A stretch of DNA of 35,485 nt from Chromatiaceae bacterium (lineage in GTDB: Bacteria > Pseudomonadota > Gammaproteobacteria > Chromatiales > Chromatiaceae): the NCBI GenBank assembly GCA_028277465.1, contig JANQGF010000243.1:1-35485 (forward strand), given 5' to 3'. A program made the position numbers and the translations under genes. Below the pieces are notes generated by a model. It worked only from the letters and a program-made list of their open reading frames with translations, had not been told where the DNA came from and made no database searches. This document shows, piece by piece, positions 1-7,708 of the stretch. Position 1 is the first letter of the stretch, and every line of letters starts with the position of its first letter.

Positions 1-22
1 CCCCGTCTTCCCGAATAGCTGA

Positions 23-58
23 CTTAGTAATGATTCAGAAACAACCTACACACCGTAG
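23..58. repeat. 36-bp sequence cttagtaatgattcagaaacaacctacacaccgtag, copy 1 of a perfect direct repeat (second copy at 35327-35362)
   Basis: Exact 36/36 match by eye between 23-58 and 35327-35362. Flanking sequence on both sides differs between the copies. Confidence 0.9.
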
Positions 59-93
59 GGCGGCTCAAGTTGCACCACTTGTTTCTGAATCGT
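40..93. repeat. 13-bp inverted repeat gattcagaaacaa / ttgtttctgaatc enclosing a 28-nt loop (hairpin partly overlapping the 36-bp repeat)
   Basis: Positions 33-45 gattcagaaacaa and 81-93 ttgtttctgaatc are perfect reverse complements. Confidence 0.8.
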
Positions 94-237
94 TCCTTAG
101 AGAAGGGCTGACCTCTGCGGCGACGCCGGTGCGGGGCAGGATGCCCCGTTTTCTTCAAGCGTAGGCATCGCGCACCCTCCACGCGCCAGGATTCATTCTC
201 CGGGGTGCCGCAACCACTGCATGACCGGCAGCCGCGA

Positions 238-837
238 TCACCCTCGGCCCGGGCCGGTCACCGAATCGCGCAGCGCGCGTGCAGTCGCCAGCAGAACCGC
301 TCGCTGCGGGGCGGGAAGCTCCGAGTAGATCATCATCAGCTCGCGCATCTCTTCCGGAAAGGACAAGAAGAGCGGGTCGTGCTCGACATGCTGCTCGTCG
401 AACCAACCAACGGCTGCACCGAGCAGCTGTTCCAGCCGACCCGAGAGCTCGTCCGAGATCGGCAAGAATGGATTGTCCAGATGCTCACGCAGACGTTTGC
501 GCGAGATCCGCAGGCGCTTGACCGTTCGATCCAGCCGCTCCGTGTCCTGCTCGATACCGGCCATGGCGTGGACCAGGTTCTGGTGTCGCACCGCCTGCTG
601 ATCTCGCTCGTTGGGGCGGATCGGACCTTGTCCGAACATCAGCCAGCAAGCGGAGACGCCCGTGGCCGCGGCGATCAAGAGCATATCGTCGGCCCCCGGT
701 GTCGAGATGCCGGCCTCGTAATTTCCGAGCCGGGAGGGTTTCCAGCCGGGGATGCGCTCGAGCAGGCTGGCCTGGGTGGGTAGATCGGCCATCTTGCGGG
801 CGAGCTTGATACGGCCGGGGATGGTGGTCGCTTGCAT
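238..837 (-). CDS. XRE-family helix-turn-helix transcriptional regulator (199 aa) with an uncharacterised C-terminal domain
   Basis: The N-terminus IKLARKMADLPTQASLLERIPGWKPSRLGNYEAGISTPGADDMLLIAAATGVSACWLMFG is a Cro/C1-type HTH. ATG at 835-837. Divergent from the AT-rich promoter region 840-900. Confidence 0.75.
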   Translation of the reverse strand: MQATTIPGRIKLARKMADLPTQASLLERIPGWKPSRLGNYEAGISTPGADDMLLIAAATGVSACWLMFGQGPIRPNERDQQAVRHQNLVHAMAGIEQDTERLDRTVKRLRISRKRLREHLDNPFLPISDELSGRLEQLLGAAVGWFDEQHVEHDPLFLSFPEEMRELMMIYSELPAPQRAVLLATARALRDSVTGPGRG

Positions 838-869
838 TTGGCCAGTTTACAAGAATCTTGAAAATTTTG

Positions 870-897
870 TTGACATGCTTGTTCGATCGGCTAGACT
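870..897 (+). promoter_or_regulatory. Sigma70-like promoter (TTGACA, 16-nt spacer, TAGACT) in an AT-rich divergent region
   Basis: TTGACA at 870-875 and TAGACT at 892-897. This is the only AT-rich stretch in the area. It faces the terminator at 1145-1179. Confidence 0.4.
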
Positions 898-1144
898 TGT
901 CCGTCATCAAGGCAAGCGTGATCGAAGTCGATCCGGCGCTCGATGAGACTTCGATTCTCGGCTGGTTCTCTCCGGCCACCGATTCTGAGGATTCAGGCTC
1001 CATGACATCCAATGACCAGATCAGGCAACGAGCGCTCTCAACCGGTTTCCGGTATGGGAGGGACCATGCCGTCACTCTGAGCTGAGCCTGGACTGAGCGC
1101 GATCTCGGGAGGCCCAGCGCAAGGGCCTCCTGTCAGGACTCCGA

Positions 1145-1179
1145 CCCTGACCGGGAGCGACCCGGTCAGGGTTTTTTTT
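1145..1179 (+). terminator. Rho-independent terminator
   Basis: Stem ccctgaccggg / cccggtcaggg (11 bp, loop agcga) followed by TTTTTTTT. Confidence 0.8.
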
Positions 1180-1321
1180 GCCTGGCGGTGTGGCACCGCC
1201 CAAGGTCTTCGCGGAAGGCGTCGCGTGGTCAGCGCACGGGGTTCTGTATGCCCCCGCGGCAGGCTGGCGCACCCCCAGGGTGTCCGCTTCGTCTGTACCG
1301 ACTGCCTGGCGTCCGTGAAGT

Positions 1322-1398
1322 GACAACGTAGCTCATTTGGGTAGAGCAGCTGGTTGATAACCAGTGGGTAGCGGGTTCGAATCCCGCCGCTGTCTCCA
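1322..1398 (+). tRNA. tRNA-Ile (anticodon GAU), 77 nt with encoded CCA
   Basis: Manual cloverleaf fold. Acceptor gacaacg/cgctgtc has one A-C mismatch. D arm is gctc-atttgggta-gagc. Anticodon arm is gctgg-ttGATaa-ccagt, with U33 and A37. T arm is gcggg-ttcgaat-cccgc. Discriminator t, then cca. Confidence 0.75.
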
Positions 1399-1713
1399 TT
1401 GGCGACCAAGGGTTGCCCTTGGATTGGGCTTGAACCCCAATCCTCAACCAAGAGGCGAGCCCCAGCCACCGGACAGGGGGACCTCCGCCCCAGGGCGGGC
1501 CGGCAGGGAGGCCGAGATGGCAGCGTCGCCGTGATCTTGCGCGGCGGGCAAAGGTCGGGCCAGCTCCGCAGGGTATCAGGCTCCGGATGCAGGAGTGCAT
1601 CAGAGTGGATCGGGAGGATCCCGGACCGAGCCGGCGGAGTCCGCCCGGCAGACGCCCGTCGCCCATCGCGGCGGCGCGGGGCGAGCCCTTCTTTCAGCAC
1701 CATGACAGAGAGG

Positions 1714-1876
1714 TAAGGCGATTGCCGGAGACTCTCATACCAGATGGCGCCGGATTGACGGCTGCCTTCAAGGAGCGCCGGCAGGATCATAGCCGGGTTA
1801 TGTGACTGCTGGCGCGACACAGAAGGCAGGCGTCAAGACCAGCCAGGTGGTATGAGAGTCGACAGAAATCGCCTAA
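1714..1876 (-). repeat. Copy 1 (minus orientation) of a 163-bp structured repeat element with a long terminal inverted stem and internal hairpins. Candidate ncRNA or MITE.
   Basis: About 90% identical to 28081-28243 when reverse-complemented. Terminal pairing ggcgatt...gactctcatacca with tggtatgagagtc...aatcgcc. Internal hairpin ctgcc-ggcgctccttgaa-ggcag. Confidence 0.8.
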
Positions 1877-1959
1877 CTCTCGATGTCGACCGACCGTCCG
1901 AGGCGTGAGCCACTCGGGCTCGGGCGCCTCGGTACCCGCGAGGACACAGGAGAAGCAGC

Positions 1960-3177
1960 ATGAACATCATGGGATACAAGCGACAGGTCGTGGCCCAGCA
2001 CCAGCGTGCACTGGTGCTGAAGAACGGTGTGCTGGTCGAGATTCTGGGCCCGGGTGTCTACCACTGGCTGGATCTCACGGGCGCCGTCGAGATTCAGGTC
2101 TCGGATCTGACCAATCCGGAGCTGGTCCATCCGCACGCTGAGGTCTTGCGGAAGGAGTCCAGCCGGCTCTGGGACGCCTGGATCCAGACCATCGAGACCG
2201 GCGAGCGCGAGGCCGGGCTGGTTCGCTTCGATGGTCGTCTCGCTCACCTGCTGCCGCCCCTGAGCCGCCGCTTCTATTGGAAGGGACCCGTGCAGGTCGA
2301 TCTTGAGCGGATCGATCTGAGCCAGGACCCCGCGATCGAGCCGGCACTGCTGGAGGCCTTGCGCCAGACGCGTCATGCGCGGCCCTTCACCCAGGTCTCG
2401 GCTGGTTCACGGGAGAAGGCACGGGCCCTGGGCAGGGAGCTGGCGGGTATCGACTTCCTCGACAATGTCCTGGAGGAAGAGGTGGCGGATCACCAGCTGG
2501 GACTGCTGGTCATGGATGGTCGGTTGGTCCGGACCCTGGAGCCCGGCGTGCACGCCTTCTGGAACTTCGCCCGCAATCTGCAGGTGGAAGTGACGGACCT
2601 GCGACTGCAGGAGCTGGAGGTCCAGGGCCAGGAGATCCTGACCAGGGACAAGGTCAGCCTGCGGATCAATCTGACCGCCCACTATCGGGTGGTCGACCCG
2701 GTCAAGGTCCGGGCGATGTTGCCCCGTCCCAAGGACTACCTCTATCGCGAGCTACAGTTCAGTCTGCGCCAAGGAGTCGGCGACCGCACCCTGGACGAGC
2801 TGTTGAACGAGAAGGGGACACTGGAGCAGGGCATGCAGGAGCGCGTGCGAGCACGGGCCGAGGCCTATGGGATCCTGGTCGAGGAGCTGGGGATCAAGGA
2901 TGTCATCCTTCCGGGCGACATGAAGCAGATCCTCAATCAGGTGGTCGAGGCGGAGAAGGCGGCGCAAGCCAACCTGATCCGTCGCCGCGAGGAAACGGCG
3001 GCCACCCGGTCGTTGCTCAACACGGCCAAGCTGATGGAACAGAACCCGATCCTGCTGCGGTTGAAGGAGCTGGAGACCCTGGAGGGCGTCACGGATCGGG
3101 TTGGTAGCCTGACCCTCTTCGGCGGCATGGAGTCCCTGCTCCAAGGATTGGTGAGGATCGAGGCGCCGAAGGGTTGA
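1960..3177 (+). CDS. SPFH/band-7 (stomatin/prohibitin-like, slipin-type) domain protein, 405 aa
   Basis: The C-terminal half ...TRDKVSLRINLTAHYRVVDPVKV...IKDVILPGDMKQILNQVVEAEKAAQANLIRRREETAATRS... is SPFH-like. The N-terminal half has two related beta-rich repeats. RBS aggag 6 nt upstream. Confidence 0.7.
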   Translation: MNIMGYKRQVVAQHQRALVLKNGVLVEILGPGVYHWLDLTGAVEIQVSDLTNPELVHPHAEVLRKESSRLWDAWIQTIETGEREAGLVRFDGRLAHLLPPLSRRFYWKGPVQVDLERIDLSQDPAIEPALLEALRQTRHARPFTQVSAGSREKARALGRELAGIDFLDNVLEEEVADHQLGLLVMDGRLVRTLEPGVHAFWNFARNLQVEVTDLRLQELEVQGQEILTRDKVSLRINLTAHYRVVDPVKVRAMLPRPKDYLYRELQFSLRQGVGDRTLDELLNEKGTLEQGMQERVRARAEAYGILVEELGIKDVILPGDMKQILNQVVEAEKAAQANLIRRREETAATRSLLNTAKLMEQNPILLRLKELETLEGVTDRVGSLTLFGGMESLLQGLVRIEAPKG

Positions 3178-3187
3178 ACCAGAAACG

Positions 3188-3201
3188 GCGGTCGACCGCC
3201 G
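3188..3201. other. Perfect 14-bp palindrome ggcggtcgaccgcc in the SPFH-rtcB intergenic region
   Basis: Read directly from the sequence. No following T-run, so more likely a protein-binding site or RNA hairpin than a terminator. Confidence 0.5.
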
Positions 3202-3289
3202 GTGACTCGAGCGCGAGACCGATCGCACCCGAAGCGCCGGTGGTCGCCGAACCGGACCGAACGAGCATTTCAGCCGCCAGGAACCAACG

Positions 3290-4480
3290 ATGCCCATCAA
3301 ACGCGTCATCAGCGAAGGCCGTGTCCCGGTCATGATCTACACCGAAGACGTGGCCGAGAACGCCGTCCAGCAGCTCGAGAACGTCTCCCGGCTGCCCTTC
3401 ATCCATCACCATGTCGCCGCGATGCCCGATGTCCATTGGGGCATGGGGGCGACCATCGGCTCGGTGATCCCGACGCTCGGGGCCATCATCCCGGCCGCGG
3501 TCGGCGTCGACATCGGATGTGGCATGAAGGCGTTGCGGCTCTCCCTGCGCGCGGAGCAGCTTCCCGATTCGCTCGGCCAGCTGCGTTCAGCCATCGAGCA
3601 TGCGGTCCCGGTCGGGATGGCAGGCCACCCGGAGGATGCCTGGTGCGAGGAGGGGCTGAAGCGGGTGGCGCCCGGCCTGCAGCCGATCCTGGACAAACAC
3701 CCCAAGATCAGTGCCCGCTGGCAGAGCCAGCTCGGCAGCCTGGGCGGCGGCAACCACTTCATCGAGCTCTGTCTCGATCAGTCCCAGCAGGTCTGGATCA
3801 TGCTGCACTCCGGGTCGCGCGGGATCGGCAACCGTATCGGCATACACTTCATCGACTTGGCCAGGCGTGAGATGGAGCAGTGGCATATCCAGCTGCCGGA
3901 TCGGAATCTGGCCTACTTGCCGGAGGGCAGCCGCTATTTCGACGACTATGTCGAGGCGGTCGGTTGGGCGCAGGACTACGCGATGGAGAACCGGCGCCAG
4001 ATGATGCGGCTCATCCTGGATGTGCTGCAGGATGAGGTGCAGCGCGGCCAGCTACCGCCCTTCGCGGCAACCGACGAGGCGATCAACTGTCACCACAATT
4101 ATGTGGTACGCGAGCATCACTTCGGCAAGGAGGTCTATCTCACCCGCAAGGGTGCGATCCGGGCGCGCGAGGGCGACCTGGGGATCATCCCGGGCAGCAT
4201 GGGGGCACGCTCCTACATCGTGCGCGGTCTGGGCGACCCCATGTCCTTCTGCTCTTGCTCGCACGGGGCCGGACGGCGCATGAGCCGCGGCGAGGCGACG
4301 CGTCGTTTCACTCGCAGGGACCTGGAGGACCAGACCCAGGGCGTCGAGTGCCGCAAGGACAAGGGGGTGATCGACGAGATCCCGGCGGCCTACAAGGACA
4401 TCGACGCGGTGATGGCGAGCCAGAACGACCTGGTCGAGGTCGTGCATACTTTGAAGCAGGTGTTGACGGTCAAGGGTTGA
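3290..4480 (+). CDS. rtcB: RNA-splicing ligase RtcB (3'-phosphate/5'-hydroxyl RNA ligase), 396 aa
   Basis: Hallmark motifs PDVHWGMGATIGSV, GGGNHFIE and CSCSHGAGR. Length matches the RtcB family. Confidence 0.9.
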   Translation: MPIKRVISEGRVPVMIYTEDVAENAVQQLENVSRLPFIHHHVAAMPDVHWGMGATIGSVIPTLGAIIPAAVGVDIGCGMKALRLSLRAEQLPDSLGQLRSAIEHAVPVGMAGHPEDAWCEEGLKRVAPGLQPILDKHPKISARWQSQLGSLGGGNHFIELCLDQSQQVWIMLHSGSRGIGNRIGIHFIDLARREMEQWHIQLPDRNLAYLPEGSRYFDDYVEAVGWAQDYAMENRRQMMRLILDVLQDEVQRGQLPPFAATDEAINCHHNYVVREHHFGKEVYLTRKGAIRAREGDLGIIPGSMGARSYIVRGLGDPMSFCSCSHGAGRRMSRGEATRRFTRRDLEDQTQGVECRKDKGVIDEIPAAYKDIDAVMASQNDLVEVVHTLKQVLTVKG

Positions 4481-4657
4481 CGGAACGTCGCCCGATGTGG
4501 GATCCAGGGTGCCGGGACCGGTATCCAGTGGAGCACCCGCCGAGCCAAGCGCCGACAGGATGCTCCAGCAGGCGATCGAGCGGAGCGCCTGTCGGCTCAC
4601 CCGGTGCCCCCGTCGCCCATCCGTGGGAGGACAGCCGCCGTTCAAGAGGACCTCGAA

Positions 4658-5641
4658 ATGGCCGCGTATCGCCGCTTTCTTGCACCCCTGCTGTTGGCCG
4701 GGCTCACATTGGCGCCCGCCTCCCGGGCGGCGGTCGACCAAGTGATCGTCTTCGGTCACATCCTGGCCGAGTCGACGGCCCACCATCGTCAGCTGATCTG
4801 GGCGAGCCAGGAACTCGCCCGTCGCTCCGGTGCGCGCGTCCAGCTCACGGTCTACCCGGCGGGACAGATCGGAAGCACCGATGCACAGGTCATCGAGGGC
4901 TTCCACACCGGCACCGCCGACATGGCCTATCTGAGCTTCGGCCACCTGCTCGAGGTCTTCCCGCCTCTGGCGATTGGCGCCGGCCCCTTCGTCTTTCGCG
5001 ACTTCGAGCATTGGCAAGGCTTCGCTGACAGCGCCATCTATCACGAGCTGGTCACCGAGATGGAGAAGGAGCTGGATCTGAAGGCGTTTGGACTCGCCTA
5101 TTACGGCGCGCGCCACGTGACGACTCGCACCCCCTTGAGCGGCCCCGAGGCGCTGCGCGATCTGGTGATCCGGGTGCCCAACATCCCGACCATGATCCTG
5201 ACCTTCCGCGCGCTCGGTGCCGAGCCGGTCCCCTTGCCTTTCAAGGAGACCCATCAGGCGCTACGCGAGCGTATCGTCGACGCCCAGGAGAACCCGCTAC
5301 CGGCGATCTTGGCAATGCGCTTCTACGAGGTGACACCGGTCGTCAATCAGACCGCGCACATCTTGGACGCGCAGATCATCGTCATGGATGGTGAACGTTG
5401 GCGTTCGCTGGACTCAGGTGCCCAGCAGCTCCTCGAGTCCGTGCTCGCCGAGGCGGCACGCCGGGTCACGCGGGATGTCCGCGCCGAGGAGCTCAGCCTG
5501 CCCGAGAGGCTGCGAGCCCTCGGGGTCAGCTTCAATCCGATCGATCGCGAGCCGCTCATCCGCGCCATCGTGCCGCTTCACCGCAGCGCCTACTTCCCTT
5601 GGGGCGGCGAGCTCTACGACCGTATCCAGGCCTTACGGTAG
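4658..5641 (+). CDS. TRAP-transporter solute-binding protein (DctP family), orphan with no DctQ/DctM nearby
   Basis: Signal peptide MAAYRRFLAPLLLAGLTLAPASRA. DctP-like fold motifs. RBS aagagga. No membrane TRAP subunits are in the window. Confidence 0.7.
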   Translation: MAAYRRFLAPLLLAGLTLAPASRAAVDQVIVFGHILAESTAHHRQLIWASQELARRSGARVQLTVYPAGQIGSTDAQVIEGFHTGTADMAYLSFGHLLEVFPPLAIGAGPFVFRDFEHWQGFADSAIYHELVTEMEKELDLKAFGLAYYGARHVTTRTPLSGPEALRDLVIRVPNIPTMILTFRALGAEPVPLPFKETHQALRERIVDAQENPLPAILAMRFYEVTPVVNQTAHILDAQIIVMDGERWRSLDSGAQQLLESVLAEAARRVTRDVRAEELSLPERLRALGVSFNPIDREPLIRAIVPLHRSAYFPWGGELYDRIQALR

Positions 5642-5658
5642 GAGCCGGTTCGAACGCC

Positions 5659-7689
5659 ATGGACATGCCCAACGTGGACGCACCAGGGCCTGGGCAGCCC
5701 GAGGCGTTCGGCTCCAGGGGCCGAGTGGCCACTCCCAAGGTATCGCCTTGGACCCGCCGCCCAACCCCGGGCTTGACCGGGCGCTCCCGATACCGCGCTG
5801 GGGTGGCCGGCACGGTGGCGGTCTGGGGTGAGAAGGGGCTCGGCATCCGGCGCCTGCTCTTCCTTGGGACCGCCCTGCTCATGACGCTGGGGACGGGAAT
5901 GGGGCTCTACTCGGGTCACCTGACCAGCGAGTTGCATCGGAGCATGACCGAGCATGAGCGCGAGACCGATGCCTCGGTCGCAGCGGCTCGTGCGGCCTTC
6001 GCGGGTGCCAACCGGCTCAGCCTGGCGTTACGGGACCTCGCCCGCGCCGAGAACCCGCGGGGACTGGGTCTGCGAGCTAACGCGGTGAGTCGGGCCCTGG
6101 TCGCGAGTCAAGACCAACTGGACAGGATGCGCGTTCAGCTGCACCGTGGCGGCTGGCTGCCCGAGGCGACGGCGATCGTCGCCGTCACGCGTACGGAGAC
6201 CGAAGTCCAGACCAGTCTTGCACAGCTGGTGGAGGCCGTCGGCACCCAGATCGAGGCCGATGCCGCCGTGGCGGATCGCCATCGGCGCCTCAAAAGGGCA
6301 TTCAATCGCTACTTCCGGGCCAGCAGCAAGGTCGAGGTCTCGATGCGCACTCGGGCCTCTCGAGTACTCGCGATCGACCTGGTCGAGGCCGCCCAACAGG
6401 GGCGGTTGCAACGGCGTCTGGACCGCTTCTTCGAGCGCGAGATGTCCTGGGTGGCCACCAGCCGGGATCTGGTGAAGGACGGCCTCGAGCTGTTTCGACG
6501 AGCCACAGAGCTGCTCGCGAGCAGCGATCGAGCGGCACTTCGCGAGGGCCAGGAGGGGGTGCGGATCTACGCGAAGCGCTTGCAGGTCTACCGCCGTCTG
6601 CCCGACTCGGAGACACGCCGCATGCTGGCGACGGCGACCTCCGACTATGTCGCGTTGGCGTCTGGGGAGCCAACGCTGGAGGTGATCCGCGGTCGCGTAC
6701 TGACCGGTGGGGCGGCCCGCGCAGCGGCACTGGATCGCGCGCTGGCCGATTGCGACAGACTGAAGGGCCACATCTACGACCTGACCCAACGGCTGACGCA
6801 CCAGGCGCGCCAGGAGTCCGCAAGGCGCCAGAGCAGCCTGGAACGTCGACGCGCGCTGCTGCAGGCCGTCACCATTGCAGCCGGTATCCTGGTGCTCGCG
6901 CTGGTCTATCTCTTCCTCGCAAAGCGTGCGATTCGGCCCTTGGAACGCCTGACGGCGAGGATGCGACGCATCTCCGACGAGCTCGACCGCGGCGGCGACG
7001 GCAGCCTCGCGGACCAGGCACTGCCCACCGACGAACCGGCACTCGACGAGGTCAGGGCCATGACTCGGGCGTTGCGGTTACTGCAGCGTACCTTGGCCGA
7101 TCGCGAGCAGGCCCTGCAGCGCAAGCAGCTGGAGCTGCAGCGCTTGGCACATCACGACTTCCTGACCGGTCTGCCGAACCGGGCACTTCTGGCCGAACGC
7201 ATCGAGCAGGCCGTCCACCGTGCCGATCGCAATGGCCAATTCGTCGCCGTCGCGCTGCTCGATCTAGACGGCTTCAAGGCCGTCAATGATGAGTTCGGCC
7301 ATGACCTTGGCGACCAAATGCTCAAACGGGTCGCCGATCTGCTCACGGCCTCCGTGCGTCTGGTGGACACGGTGGCGCGCTGCGGCGGTGACGAGTTCGT
7401 CTTTCTATTGCCGGACCTGGAACAGCCGGAAGACGCCGAGCCAGTCCTGAGAAGGACCCTGAACCGGATCGGTGAGCCGTCGCGCCTGGACGGAGGGATC
7501 CGCGTCCAAGTGAAAGCAAGCATCGGCTACACCCTCTACCCCCTGGATGACAATACGGGCGATACCCTGATTCGGCATGCCGATCAAGCCATGTACGACG
7601 CCAAGCGGAGCGGTGGCAACCAGCTTTGGGTCTATGGAGACGACGGCAGCACTCGCCCGGTCGGCCCCGCTCCGATGGGTGCGCCGTGA
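5659..7689 (+). CDS. Membrane-anchored sensor diguanylate cyclase (periplasmic/coiled sensor region, HAMP-like linker, GGDEF domain)
   Basis: TM segment IRRLLFLGTALLMTLGTGMGLY. The C-terminal GGDEF domain has an intact RCGGDEF motif and DGFKAVND. The start at 5659 is uncertain. Confidence 0.75.
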   Translation: MDMPNVDAPGPGQPEAFGSRGRVATPKVSPWTRRPTPGLTGRSRYRAGVAGTVAVWGEKGLGIRRLLFLGTALLMTLGTGMGLYSGHLTSELHRSMTEHERETDASVAAARAAFAGANRLSLALRDLARAENPRGLGLRANAVSRALVASQDQLDRMRVQLHRGGWLPEATAIVAVTRTETEVQTSLAQLVEAVGTQIEADAAVADRHRRLKRAFNRYFRASSKVEVSMRTRASRVLAIDLVEAAQQGRLQRRLDRFFEREMSWVATSRDLVKDGLELFRRATELLASSDRAALREGQEGVRIYAKRLQVYRRLPDSETRRMLATATSDYVALASGEPTLEVIRGRVLTGGAARAAALDRALADCDRLKGHIYDLTQRLTHQARQESARRQSSLERRRALLQAVTIAAGILVLALVYLFLAKRAIRPLERLTARMRRISDELDRGGDGSLADQALPTDEPALDEVRAMTRALRLLQRTLADREQALQRKQLELQRLAHHDFLTGLPNRALLAERIEQAVHRADRNGQFVAVALLDLDGFKAVNDEFGHDLGDQMLKRVADLLTASVRLVDTVARCGGDEFVFLLPDLEQPEDAEPVLRRTLNRIGEPSRLDGGIRVQVKASIGYTLYPLDDNTGDTLIRHADQAMYDAKRSGGNQLWVYGDDGSTRPVGPAPMGAP

Positions 7690-7708
7690 TTCCGACTCCT
7701 TGCGAGCA

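Noticed and set aside
1180-1200. Sigma54-like TGGCAC box (tggcaccgcccaagg) upstream of the tRNA
   Set aside because: The -12 element (TTGC at the correct spacing) is absent, and no RtcR-like sigma54 activator is encoded.
1399-1460. A hairpin ggattggg-cttgaac-cccaatcc just after the tRNA, resembling a tRNA T-arm fragment and so a possible att or duplicated tRNA 3' end
   Set aside because: The loop does not match the TTCRA T-loop consensus and the sequence is not a duplicate of the adjacent tRNA 3' end. No integrase is nearby.
1038-1820. A 260-aa ORF on the minus strand (and many other long ORFs such as 205-783, 4052-5254, 8439-9320, 15377-17866, 20403-22271, 24712-26856 and 30505-32019)
   Set aside because: They lie antisense or out-of-frame to well-supported genes, have Arg/Pro/Gly/Ala-rich low-complexity composition typical of shadow ORFs in high-GC DNA, and have no recognisable motifs. 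The N-terminus of 1038-1820 only looks conserved because it overlaps the 163-bp repeat.
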